NCBI RefSeq assembly: GCF_963853765.1
Contig: NC_088859.1
Span: 51,832,001 to 51,896,000, forward strand
DNA: 64,000 bases
Source of the DNA: Magallana gigas
Taxonomy: Eukaryota
Reading direction: 5' to 3'
Shown: positions 12,916-26,100 of the stretch, one piece after another
Numbering within the stretch: position 1 is the stretch's first letter
Layout of the letters: every line of letters starts with the position of its first letter
Position numbers and translations under genes: made by a program
Notes under the pieces: model-generated
What the model saw: only the letters and a program-made list of their open reading frames with translations
Told to the model about the DNA's origin: nothing
Database searches by the model: none

Positions 12916-12980
12916 AGAACGTATCCGTAGAGAAATACGAAATATCTTCGTTTTCACTTTGACAAGGGCGCTGCCATCTT
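12916..12980 (-). promoter_or_regulatory. Probable non-coding first exon / TSS region of PRPF31 with YY1-like AAGATGGC motif
   Basis: Minus strand AAGATGGCAGCGCCC (12966-12980) is followed by a GTAAGT donor at 12915; a matching TAG acceptor precedes the ATG exon at 11947-11949. Inference, no transcript data. Confidence 0.45.
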
Positions 12981-13652
12981 GAATTTTTGTTAGTTCAATC
13001 CTAATTTATTCGGAAATTCAACTCTTCGCACACCGTCGGCATTCTCAGTATTCCAGTGTACTTACGTCCTAAATAAATATAATAAGGCATAGTGAATATA
13101 AACGATTTGTTAAATATTTCTATCACGTATCGATTTTGCAAGCATCTAGATTTTCCTCAGAGAACTCTATACATATATCATGCCAGGGACATGTATACTA
13201 CTTAGTATATATATACGTCCCTTGATCATGTATATATATACCGGTCTATTTAAGTTGTCTTCAGAACTGGAAATCTCTAGGTGAATTTCAGCTCATACTA
13301 GGCTTCCTCGAAAGAATAACATTATTATTTGATTTTTTTAAAATCCATACTGCATATGTAGCTTCTTAATTATAAATACGTTAATTTCACTAATAATACC
13401 ATCGGTCCATTTTCTTAATAAAAAGGATTTGTAAGCACCACCACCCCACCCCCGATTTGTTGACCTCCCTCTGACTCCAAAATGGATGGGTCTCTTTTTT
13501 TGTTTGCGTGTGTGTGTTTTTTACTTAATTTAAAGTTGTTTGTGTAAGAGGATGAAATTTACTGATTCTAATTAAAAGTTACGCATTACTCATAGTTCAT
13601 TATCGACATCATCACTTTCATCATTCGATCTATTCTATCTACATGCACGCAC

Positions 13653-13695
13653 GTACGTAGCATCGTTTTTGAAAGTGGGGGGGGGGGGGCAGACT
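13653..13695. mobile_element. Solo terminal fragment of the same family as the 635-1068 MITE
   Basis: ACGTAGCATCGTTTTTGAAAGTGGGGGG is the reverse complement of 1036-1063. Confidence 0.65.
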
Positions 13696-13861
13696 CAAAG
13701 AAAAAATCTTATCTTGACAAGCAAAATAAAAGGAAATTCATTTAGTTTTACAAATCATACATTTCAACAAATTATTTGAACAACCAAGTTTTAAAATTAA
13801 TTCATTCCGGATTTCCTCCACCAATGTTCTAAATTCTGCCCACTTTGTGATTGAATATTAC

Positions 13862-15902
13862 AAGAAACCTCGGTGTTAAGACATGGTGCTGTGGTCCAAA
13901 CAAGCAAAAACGATAGCTTTAGCAGAGCTGTACATAACAGAGCGGACAGTGCCAAGGGAAAAAAAACTGCGACCAGGCCCACCAGAGGAACCTGAAAACA
14001 CGGACCTAATCGCAGACTGTAGGGAGAAGGGTTGGAAAACTTGTTGTTCCCTGTCAAGATTGGATGATGCTGTTCCAGAAGCTAGGAATAGTGTCATCAT
14101 CACGTAGGACTGCAGTACGACAGCTACATGTAACAGGGACAGCAGTGACGTCATCCTGTTGGCCCCTGATATGGCACAGACAAGATGAGTCCGGCTAAAT
14201 GCCCGGAACCAACGAGTATGACCACCACTGCTGACTCATCCACTGGAGGGTGTCATGGTCGATCAGGGTTGAATTTTACATCCGAAGAAAGTTGGAAACC
14301 ATCTGGAACCAGGCAGAGCTAGAAAGGGGCGAACTCATGTCAGGCATAGATATAGTGGAATGCGAGGACTGCATTAGCAGAGTATCATCATCTGTAAACT
14401 TCTTCGTTCATATGGGCAACCATTAACGGCCAGGACAGACGGGATAACGACCAGAGAAGACTGACTGGTGACACTGGCAAGACAGTTGGCTGCCAGGAAT
14501 AGACTGGTGACAGATGCACAGAGACAGTTACGGAACGCAATAGAGAACAACGCCCCTAGAGCCTCCTGGGAGAAGAGAAGGATAAGAAACTCAACAAGAT
14601 AGACAATTGAAAGCAAACCGGAACAAGTCAATGACTATGAAAAGGATAGGTTTAATAACATTGGATGGAAGGATAACAGAAACACGATGCCATTGTGGCA
14701 AGATCTGCAAGAATGCCAGAGGTCTGAAGATACATCAATCCGGTTTTGGAACAAATGGGTGAACAGTGATCGCTGCTGAGACACAGGAAGAGCCAATTCT
14801 GGACACACATCGCAGTAATAGGAACCTTAGCCATTACTCGACAGGGTCTCGGATTTGGTTGACAACGGCAGACCGAAGGAGCTCCGTACCTCAAGAGACA
14901 CGACAGAGGGTGGCGTGACCTGAGATGAAGGATGACAAAGCATGTAATACCTTTCAGTGGGACATAAGCATAATCCTGGAGAGAAGTTTACAGGAGGCAA
15001 AGCAGAAAGAAAGGTAGATACACTTTTCAACCTTATTTACAACACTGGTAAAGATTTGGCATAAAAGAAGAACAGCAAGGCTCAATCACAGCGGAAACAA
15101 TAGAAAATAGGTCTGGATAGGAGAATGCCGAGAACTTATCGGCTCAACATAACTTGCCCATATCATCGGTTAATGAATTAAGAGTTCAAGGTGGTCAAAT
15201 GCAGAATTTAATGGCGATGACGCTAGGAGCTTCGTGAGATCATTAAGTCTGAGACGCAGGTGTCCAGACAAGGTCAGTCCAGAAGGGGGTCTGCCATGAC
15301 AGCTGTAGACATACTGGAAACCCGCAAGTCATGCAATGGCAGAGAAGGGATTGGAGTGACACACTTCCAGCAGTGGGCAAAGGCAAAAGACGGAGAGGAG
15401 GGGCGTGATGCAAGGAGAGGTGTGAAGAGAGGTTGAAGACGGCAGAATATCAAAGGCTGCAGAATTCGGCGAGCAAGGAGCCTGGATGGAAGCTTTCACA
15501 ACGCAACATTTCACGTTTGAAGCTATAAAAGAAGAATTAATACGAGATTGTGTTTCTATTAGGTCGTTGCACGATACCCTACCATCACCAGCGAATCTAC
15601 ATCAATGGCGATAAATCGAAGATCCTGCATACAAACTGTGTAGGAAAAGGGCACCATTGCTTTTATTTTATCCGGGGAGATCGGTTGCAATGACCAAGGA
15701 CGGTACAAGTGGAGACACGGCAAAGTCTTGAAAGGGAGAGAAGGAAAGCAAAAGAAAAAGGAACAGCAGTTAGAAGACTGGTGGAATCAACTTTATCAAA
15801 GAGGATATGACACCTGAAAATAAGAAGTGCTTACTATCAGTGTTTGAGGCAGGAAGTGACTGGGAACTGTGGGCAGACTTAGACAGGAAGCTTGCCTTTC
15901 CA
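13862..15902 (+). mobile_element. Decayed R2-superfamily (HERO-like) restriction-endonuclease non-LTR retrotransposon, internally deleted and permuted
   Basis: Peptide remnants: DMVLWSKQAKTIALAEL and DLIADCREKGWKT (13880-14045, endonuclease C-terminus); CHCGKICKNARGLKIHQS (14688-14741, N-terminal Zn finger); RSLHDTLPSPANLHQW, DPAYKLC..QGRYKWRHGKVL and WELWADLDRKLAFP (15560-15902, CCHC region). Many stops and frameshifts. Clade call is from recall of the motifs. Confidence 0.65.
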
Positions 15903-16099
15903 AACAAGACTAATGTCTTGATTAATAAAGCAAATCGGCGTCTGTCTGATTAACAAAACTATAATGCAATTTTCATATGGAGACTTCTTTATTTACATAA
16001 CATATAAACAATATCATGGCACTTACTTTGATAAAAACATAACACAAAGTAAATGTTTCTTTTTTTAGATCACATTGCACTTTACTTTGCCCAATCATT

Positions 16100-16940
16100 T
16101 AGTTATATACACCGTAACAAATAAACACAGACTCAGAATAATATACACCGTAACAATTAAACACAGACTTGGAGTAATATACACCGTAACAAATAAACAC
16201 AGACTCAGATTTACATACACCGTAACAAATAAACACAGACTTGGAGTAATATACACCGTAACAAATAAACACAGACTCGGAGTAATATACACCGTAACAA
16301 ATAAACACAGACTCAGAGTAATATACACCGTAACAATTAAACACAGACTTGGAGTAATATACACCGTAACAAATAAACACAGACTCAGATTAACATACAC
16401 TGTAACAAATAAACACAGACTCAGATTAACATACACCGTAACAAATAAACACAGACTCAAACTAACATACACCGTAACAAATAAACACAGACTCGGAGTA
16501 ATATACACCGTAACAAATAAACACAGACTCGGAGTAATATACACCGTAACAAATAAACACAGACTCAGAGTAATATACACCGTAACAATTAAACACAGAC
16601 TCAGAGTAATATACACCGTAACAAATAAACACAGACTCAGATTTACATACACCGTAACAAATAAACACAGACTTGGAGTAATATACACCGTAACAAATAA
16701 ACACAGACTCAGAGTAATATACACCGTAACAAATAAACACAGACTTGGAGTAATATACACCGTAACAAATAAACACAGACTCAGATTAACATACACTGTA
16801 ACAAATAAACACAGACTCAGATTAACATACACCGTAACAAATAAACACAGACTCAAACTAACATACACCGTAACAAATAAACACAGACTCGGAGTAATAT
16901 ACACCGTAACAAATAAACACAGACTCAGATTAAAACTACA
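16100..16940. repeat. 36-bp minisatellite, ~24 copies, downstream of the CTL stop codon
   Basis: Unit ATATACACCGTAACAAATAAACACAGACTCGGAGTA; period seen at 16141/16177. Confidence 0.96.
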
Positions 16941-17191
16941 CAAATATATCACAGAGTAGAGTCTGGTTGATTTCTGTTGTATACACTTCATAAGAAAATG
17001 GTAGATTGAGAATAAGAGAGTTATCCAAGACGCATCAGATTTTCATTCTTCTTTAAAGTTCTATTTCCATCTCCTCGGTTTCGACAGCAGTTGTCACAAA
17101 CCACTAACCGAACACTCAAATGCACAGCATGGTTGTTGGTGAAGCAACCACATAAGACGGTGGTTGTTCATCTAGAAAGTGACGTCATTAA

Positions 17192-20100
17192 TCACGTGGC
17201 TTCAGTTTTTAAGTGAATACGTTTGACCTCTATATTTTTTGCACTGTGAGCTCCAGTGACAAATTTCTACAATTATAAAAGAAAATATGAAAATATATAT
17301 CCTATGGTAACAAATGAAACGTGGTCTAAAAAAGAAAATGTGTCTCACCAGCAACCCTGTGCTCATGTAATAGGGCTTCTCCACTCCGTCATTTCTTTCG
17401 CAGTCCTCGCAGAAACAGATGAAGATGGTGTCGATGCAAAGCTGGAAAGAAAACGATTAGATCGAACAACGAATATTGTATAGGTTTCTTGTTGCAAACT
17501 TTGAAGGATTATGCTATAAAATGAGGATGTATAGTTCTGAGGATGTACATGTATTGTTTTGATGTTGTGCATTGAGTGTGTATTGTTATGAAAGTGTACT
17601 GTTTACCTCGTACACTCCGATCAGACAGCTGGCGATGATGAAAGCTATTATACAGGACAATGAGATCGGTAACCATGGGTATATGACGTCAGATCTCGTC
17701 TGAAAAATGACGCATGCATGATTACCATTCAGGGATTTATTGGATTTTTACATATCAAGATTAATTTGAAATCCACTTACTGCCAATATTTCTATGCCAA
17801 CCACTGCTACCACGGCGACGGTGCCGACCTTGCCGAGGAATAACGTAAAGTCGCCTATCGAGTTGATGGCGGCCAGGCGGAGAGAGTTAGAAACGATGAT
17901 CTTGAGCGCCCGCTGGGCGGAGCTGCAGAAGCCCTCTCCAATAATGGCTGTCAAAACAAATTATAAACACGTGAACCTAATTGTGAACTTTCAATGAAAT
18001 AGTTTATTAATAGTAATTAATAGATTCATCTTGTCAAACAATTACACTGTAGAGGATGACACGGTGAAGTACCTATCTCGATGTAGGCGTTGCTATTGAT
18101 GAATCTTATGGCGTTCTCGAAGCACCAGAAACAACAACGGAGGCACTTCATCAGGAAATCTCCTACGGAACCTGTGCTGTTCTTTACTCTAAACAAGACA
18201 GAATTTATAAGTTGCAATGATTCTTAGAATTAAACAAAGAAGCAATATTTCCCTATAGCACGACCGTCAAATTTCTTCATTTTACAACCAACCTTTTATG
18301 GATGAAACCAAGGATCCAGTTGACAACGACCAGAAGGGTGATGATAAAAGATCCAAAGGCGGCGGATCCAAGGTGGTACCTAAAACCAAAACAGAACGCA
18401 CTGATTAAACATCACTGAATGGTATAAAGATTGATAAATCCTGAAACAGTACGTTTAACATACCTTGAAATGTCTAGTATTAACAAGGAATGAAATAAGT
18501 ACCAGTACAATGAACTGTGATCAATAGATGCAAGAAATACTAACCTGACCAGTCGTCGGATGGACAACAGGATGGGAAAAACTGGCATTCCGGAATCTCT
18601 GTAAAGATATTGAAAGATATTGAAGGCATTGAATTAAATAATACAACCGGTATATGTCGCACGCTATGTACTGTACACTATAAACTATTATGTAGTAAAG
18701 AAAGATGTCTTAAATTTTAGCTTTTAATTTTGAGAATTTCCCAGTATCTTTATAAAGAGCTCTTCTTCTTAAAGAGATAAATAAAGTCTAAAAATGGCCA
18801 TGACAATCCAGCCCTCTTAAGTAAACATCACCTCTGGAAATACCAGATAGCTACAGCCCCCGCCATGACGATCCTCTCACAGGCCAAGATAAACTGGAGG
18901 ATCCAGACACTGGCTATCAGGTGGTACCAACGGAAGATCTGGAGAAAACATTGATATTGTTAGTGGATATAATATACAATATGGTTAAACATCTTACATC
19001 ATCAATACATCATCATAAATAAAGATGGTGATGAAAAAACCCACCTTCAAGGGTTGATCCTTTTCAAAAGATACAAAGCCCGTTGTGTTTGATATGTTTA
19101 TCTGGCCTAAAATCGAACAATTTAAGTAAAAACATAAACATAGGTACATGTAGTTCATATTTACAATAAATCAGGTACAATGTTTATTATATCAAGATAA
19201 ACAGAAAGTTGAAAACTTCACCAGCAGATTCCATCGCTAAGAAGATATAGGAGACCAAAGCTAAAAATCCCAGAAAGCAGATGATTGTCTGAAAGTAAGT
19301 AGAAAGAAAATCAGATAAAAAGAACTTGCACTTTGTTTGACTTCTATTGTTAAGTATGCAAAAATGTCTCGGTAGGTTGAGAGAGTTAAACACATCATTG
19401 TTTGTACTCGGTTTATCATCTCCGACACCCTTACCCACAACGGCAGCAGCAGCAAAAACGGGACACTGGAAACCACGTGACCCGCTTCTTTAAATAACTG
19501 GACGACCTGTAGTGAATAAAATATAGCATCAGTACATGTTAATTAAGTGTTAAAGGGGTTAAGTAGCATACCTCTAAAATTTAATGCATGTGATTTGACC
19601 GATGTCCTACCAAACCGATTCTTTTCCGCATTACCAGCAAAACCAGAATCACGATCACCATGACAACAGTAGCGACGATGGAGCCAATCAGCCAATTCCT
19701 CTCTTCCTCCTGACTGGAGTTTCCCTTCAGTTCGTAGTAATGATACCTGGAGTACGAGTAAAGAAAGAGGATTTTCTTTCGCAACCCAAGTGTCAAGAGA
19801 AGTTTTCGGCTGGTTAAGATGGACTTAAACGTACAAAATGTTCGTAATTTTATATTTATGTAATGTAAGTGTTGCCTCAAAAGTCAAAGTCAAAACCTAT
19901 CGTAACCTACCAGCAAAGAGCCGTGCCCACGACACTGCCCAGCCCCAGTAACAGGACCATCAACCAGATCACGATCCCGGCGATAAATCGTAACAGAATC
20001 ACGATAGACATCGATACACCTACAATTTGTCGTAACAAAATCACCAAAGAATCATGATAAACGATACACGTACAATATATCGTAATAGAACCGCGATATA

Positions 20101-23100
20101 GTCAGCGATACACCTATAATGTATAGTGTCACTGAACAACGATAGACACACCTACAAGATATTACCACATAATAACGATGGACAGAAACAAACCCACAAT
20201 AGCGCGAAACAAAATGATAATAGAATCATGATAAATAATACAATTACATATATGAATATTAAATATCATACAAAATATATCGTAATAGAACCACTAAATA
20301 GATAGCGACACGTCTACAACATAGCGTAAAAGAATCACTATAGACAGTTATACATCTACAAAATATCGTAATATAATCCCTAAAGATAGCGATTCACCTG
20401 CAATGAATCGTAACAACATATTGTAATAGAATCACGACTGGTACTGTCACACCTACAATCTATCGTAACAGAATCACGATAAACAGCGATATAACTACAA
20501 AATATCGTTATCAGAATCACGATAAACAGCTATATACACCTATACAAAATATCGTTATCAGAATCACGATAGACAGCGATATACACCTATACAAAATATC
20601 GTTAACAGAATCACGATAGACAGCGATATAACTACAAAATATCGTTAACAGAATCACGATAAACAGCGATATACACCTATACAAAATATCGTTAACAGAA
20701 TCACGATAGACAGCGATACACCTATACAAAATATCGCTAACAGAATCACGACAGACAGCGATTCACCTACAAAATATCGTTATCAGAATCACGATAGACA
20801 GCGATACAACTATACAAAATATCGTTAACAGAATCACGATAGACAGCGATAAAACTACAAAATATCGTTATCAGAATCACGATAAACAGCGATATACACC
20901 TATACAAAATATCGTTAACAGAATCACGATAAACAGCGATATACACCTATACAAAATTTCGTTAACAGAATCACGATAGACAGCGATACACCTATACAAA
21001 ATATCGTTAACAGAATCACGATAGACAGCGATACACCTATACAAAATATCGTTACATGGTTACTATAGTATATTAACAATGTTTCGATAAACCAAGCGAC
21101 ACTTTGCAAATAATCGCGACACTGCTGCGCAACCTGGTAAACAGTTATATATATACAGGAACACAGGTACAAAGGTAAACGGTTATACAGTTACCCAGAT
21201 ACATAATTGACAGGTTCACAGGTGAATTATTCACGTACAGGTATCTGTGTCACTCACCGAGTGCTGTAGCCGACAGGTAACAAATCTCCTGCCAGGTCTT
21301 CTGGAGGTCGGACACACATTTCTGTGAATGAAAGCATCATCTCGTGAAAATTTTCACATACATAGTATATATTTGTCCTTGTTCATTCTGGAAAACAGGT
21401 CGTAATAACGCAGGCGTGGGGGGGGGGGCTTGTACCTCCATATTCATTATTCTCTTATGAGAAGTGGACAGGTGTTGTATAGCAGTTTTTCCGCCATAGT
21501 AGCTTCTCCCCCCGGAAAACCTACTATATAGTAGCCTTTCCCCCTGGGGGGAAAAGCTACTATATAGTAGCTTTTCCCCCATAGTAGGGTTTCTCCCTCA
21601 CGTTTTTGGTTCAGATTTTATAAAAAATATTGATGGAAATCCAGCAAGGATTAAAATTAATGTTTTTACACTCCCAGGTTGCATACATGTACAACTGAAT
21701 TCATCTATAAAGGCTAAGTTTCGTTTTGCCAATTTATAAAATTATAGACTATGCTGAAAATTGAACACGTGTGTAATGGAATTACACATAAAACTAAATT
21801 TAGGTAATTAATTGAAAAAAATACTTGGTTTTACAAGTTATACACTTATATGCATAATTCTGTGTTCTGAATTTGTACTAAGCAAGAATGTTTAAAGAAT
21901 TTTTTGATAAATCTATCGGACTGTCTGTCTGTTTTTGAAAATTTCATCCAGGCTAAACCTCTGTTTTAAAGAGATTTTGTTTCCAATGTTTCAGAGCCCG
22001 GTTTTTAAAATCCTATTATAATGATTATAGTGCATATTCTTAAGGGTCCAATGTCTCATAAACTAGAGATGACCATATCACCATATTTTCATAGTGGCAG
22101 TGGTTTACCACTTGTAGATGACTCTGAAAATTTCAGCCCTCAGGGTAGGGGCCATTGATGTTTCAGGGCCCGATGTTTAAAACCCCGTTATAATGATTGA
22201 AAAGTGTTCTATAAGTGGGGATCCGAATCTCATATTCTAGAGATGACCACTTAACCATATTTTCACAGTGATAGTGTTATACCACTAGTAGATGACACTG
22301 AAAATTTTAGCCCCCATGCAGGGTAGGGGCCTTTGTTGTTTTCGAGCCCGATGTTTGAAATCCAATTATAAAGAAAATGTATTTTTTAGGGCCCCATATT
22401 TCAAAAACTAAAGATGACCACATGAACATATTTTTACGGTCATTTAAAAGTAAAAACATCATTTAAAAATACACAATCGCTCATATATTTCCTTATCAAA
22501 ATGATTGAAAATTACGATTCTGCTTTTCTTTTTTAAGAACTATATATAATATGATTTAAATTTGGCCCCCATAATTCGCAATTTTTTCAAGTGTTTCGGG
22601 TACAGTAAAATGTTATGTTATTTTTTAGAAGAGTTGATTTAAAATATATTTTTTACCTATTCATTTGGTTTATTTGCACTCACTTGCAGTATATGACGTC
22701 AGAAGTAACGCTATTACTACAATTCAATCAAAATCGGTCAAAAATTGACATTTTTCTTATCCGTTTACGAATGGGAAATATAGAGCGCATGCTTGAACAA
22801 AGATATTTTTTGTTACTTATTAGTCTTGGCTATAAATATCTCTGATTAAAACAAGCTGTTTTATGCTAAAATTGCAAAAATGGCGGGAAAAGGTTGTCTT
22901 TACGATGTCATATTTCTTAAATGTGAGCACTTGAATCAAAATGAACATTATGTATAAACATCACATATATATCTGTACAAAGAAAAAAAAAGAATTGAAG
23001 TAAAACGACGATGTTCATTTTAGGGGGCCATCTAAGGCGCCCATATCATATATAGTCCAAAGTTTACGAACAAATTTTTTTAAAAAGGTACGCAGGTAAA

Positions 23101-26100
23101 TTCATTATTCTTTAAAACATTTAATCAATTCATAAGATGACTAATGATATAATAAATAACTAGATAAATAAATCAATAAACTTTTATTCATAAAAGGGGC
23201 AACCGAAAATCAAAAATAAATAACCAACCTAAGCGCATACATGTATACGACTTTTGTAACTTGTTAGTTGATTAGAAGACCAAGCTTATATTTAAAAAAA
23301 AAATAAGTCAGCTCATCACAATAGATGTGGTGGTTTGTTGGGGGTTGGTTTTTTTTTTAATTACCCTTGTTTCATTGTTCGAAGAAATAATATGGTACAC
23401 AAGTAAATCTTTATTGCAATAATATGAAACAAATAGTAATATACGATTTTTAGGTAAGTGAATCGATTTATATGGCATCGTTTTCAAAATTGTATATTTA
23501 TAAATCACGTTGCAAACTTAAAAGTGGAAAATTAGCAAATACTGAGTGTAAATATATACATAAGGTTAGTTCAGGCTCCATTTCACATTTTCCAAAGTAA
23601 CCAGCAAAGATACCGACATTGTTCTGGTTGTGAAGACATTTTTTTTTTGAAACAAAATGTTTACATCATAAAATCTCACGTTTCGTAAAAAATGTGCTAA
23701 AAAATATGAATATGTGTAATTTTAAAACAAAATTGTAAACACTAACTTTCACATGCTTTTAATATATAATCAATTAAAATACCCCTTACCCATGATTTAG
23801 AACCCCATCAATCTAAATAAAACTAAAACATTTCAGTTCTCATCATATCATCGACCCTGTTTGATATTTAGAAGAAGAAATATAATTGTTTTTAAAATCG
23901 TCAATTCGAACGGTATTATTTAAAATTGATAGCCTTTTGGACGAAGGGAGTAATACATTTCCACTTTTTATTCCCTTCCTCTACAAAATTAAGTCAAGAT
24001 TGTACAGTTAGTTCCCTCGGAGAAGCTTATACAGAGATGGTAATACATTGGAAAATTAAAGTTCCAAACCAGCGTATTTTTACTCAAATGTGTTCTCACG
24101 TGTTCTTAACGTCAAAGTCGAAACTGTAGATAAGCATCGATTAGATGAAAAAGATTCGAGGTATTCCGAAATCCGTGTAAATGGTGTTTCAAAAAGGTGT
24201 AAAAACAAGTGAAATAAACGACGATGACACATGAATGTTATGGAGGCGCGTGCCTTAGTTCATATTTGGGGTTAAAAAACCATGAAATACTATTTTATTC
24301 TATGTATTGATAAATGCCATAATTATCCTTTTCTATGAGAAATTGATATCATATAAATTATTGCAAATTATATATTGCCACGAATGGTCCACCATATACA
24401 TGGCCGGAATGTAAAAGAAGGGGGAAAATCCACTATATAGTAGGTTTTCCGTGGGGGTAATCTGGCTATAAAAAGGGTAAAGCCCACTATATAGTCAGCT
24501 TTCCCTGGGGGAAAAACTGCTATATAGCCATTTTTCCGGGGGGAAGAACTGCTATATAGCCATTTTTCCGGGGGGAAAGATGGCTAGGGGGAAAAGGCAC
24601 TATATAACACAGGCATAGCCTACATCCACGGATGTAGGCTATGCCTGTCCACTTCTCAAAAGAGAATACATATTCATAAGTTGACTTTATCCTCATATTT
24701 TTACCAAAAAATAAGTTTTGAAAAGCAGTGCCCCCTCCCTTCTTTTCGAAGGTAACATATAATTTGTCAGTGAAATTTGATGAAAAATTTTCAAAATGTT
24801 TCAAACACCCCCTTCTATTGTATAAATCTTCGCTCATTCAACCAAAAAAATATAGGTTTGCATCTAAAGAAATGTTTCTGTCATATATTCTCCAAAAATA
24901 AAAAAAAAATGTTAGTTTCATTACCTCTGTGAAATTGGGGTCTATTTTGTTGAGGATGTCATTAATGGCCCCAGTCAGAATCTCAAAGGGTTGATTGAAA
25001 GACTTGGGTATACACCGGAACAGAAATGACTCTCTGTAATGGAAAGGTGCAGTATGAACTTAAACTTAGTCAAGCTTTATATTCATATATGAAAAATGTA
25101 TAAATCTGATAGGCTGTACAACGTCTTACTGGGCTTCTATCGGTAGGTTAGGACATTTGTCAAGGCCATTGGAATTCCCGTCAAAAAATGAGTCTCGCGG
25201 GATGTCATACCAACATAGGCTCGTCCCCGTGTCATTGAAGAATGTTTGTAGATCCGCCACATTTGTCTGGGATTTGGTGGGACAGCTCTTCACGCAAACA
25301 GCTACCGTATCAACGGAAACGTGAGAGCCAGGGATGTAGTTGACAAATATTGACTTGTCGTAGAAAAACAGATTTCTGTAAGCAAAAAGTCATTTAAAGT
25401 GTTGCAAATAAAGGATCCTGTAGAAAATTAACATTTAAAGTATATTTAAATTGATTCATTCAATAAATTACCGTATGCAAAATTCATATTCGGCTACTGG
25501 ATTGTTTACATGTTCAATGTGTAAGCAAAATCTCCGTCAACATCTGACATTAAACACTTTAATTAATATTTCCTACTTTAATTTTTCCCCTTCAGAATCA
25601 GCTAATATACAACACAATATACTCTGTGCTGTATTGTATATAATTATATACAGCATATATGTCTGGCCTCTAGCCCGTGTCTTACCGCCTGTCCGAGCAG
25701 TCCTCCCCCGACCTTGACACGCCCTCTATCCGCCCGTTTCGCTGACCACAAACGTTGCCCCAACTGTCCACGCCGTAGATAAGTCTATCCGGATCCCCCA
25801 GGTAAAAGGCCAGGTAAGTCCCGTACCCCGTCCCTCCCAGCATACACACAAACACCAGCAGGCACACAACATCACGGCACGACCTTTTCTGGAGGGGCCC
25901 ACAGAATTCCGGGGCCGCACCCCCGGAACCCTGAAAACAATACTTGTTGGGCATCAAGGAACAAAGTGATGAACAACAGATAGGATGAGACTGATACAGA
26001 TGGGGGATTTCTCTACACGTGAGACCTCACGTGTACGGGGAATTATTAATCTATCTAATGAGGTCGAAATCCGATTTGGACCTAAAACCATATAGTACCG

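Larger units (their letters stand above)
21473..24609. mobile_element. 3.1-kb non-autonomous element with TGT..ACA ends and 4-bp TSD (Ginger-like) in a CTL intron
   Basis: CAGG|TGTTGTATAG ... CTATATAACA|CAGG. Imperfect ~60-bp TIRs and subterminal repeats of GGGGGAAAA..CTATATAG at both ends; no long ORF. Confidence 0.72.

Noticed and set aside
16075-16991. 294-aa and 298-aa ORFs on opposite strands
   Set aside because: Stop-free translation of a 36-bp (3n) minisatellite; no unique sequence or splice support.
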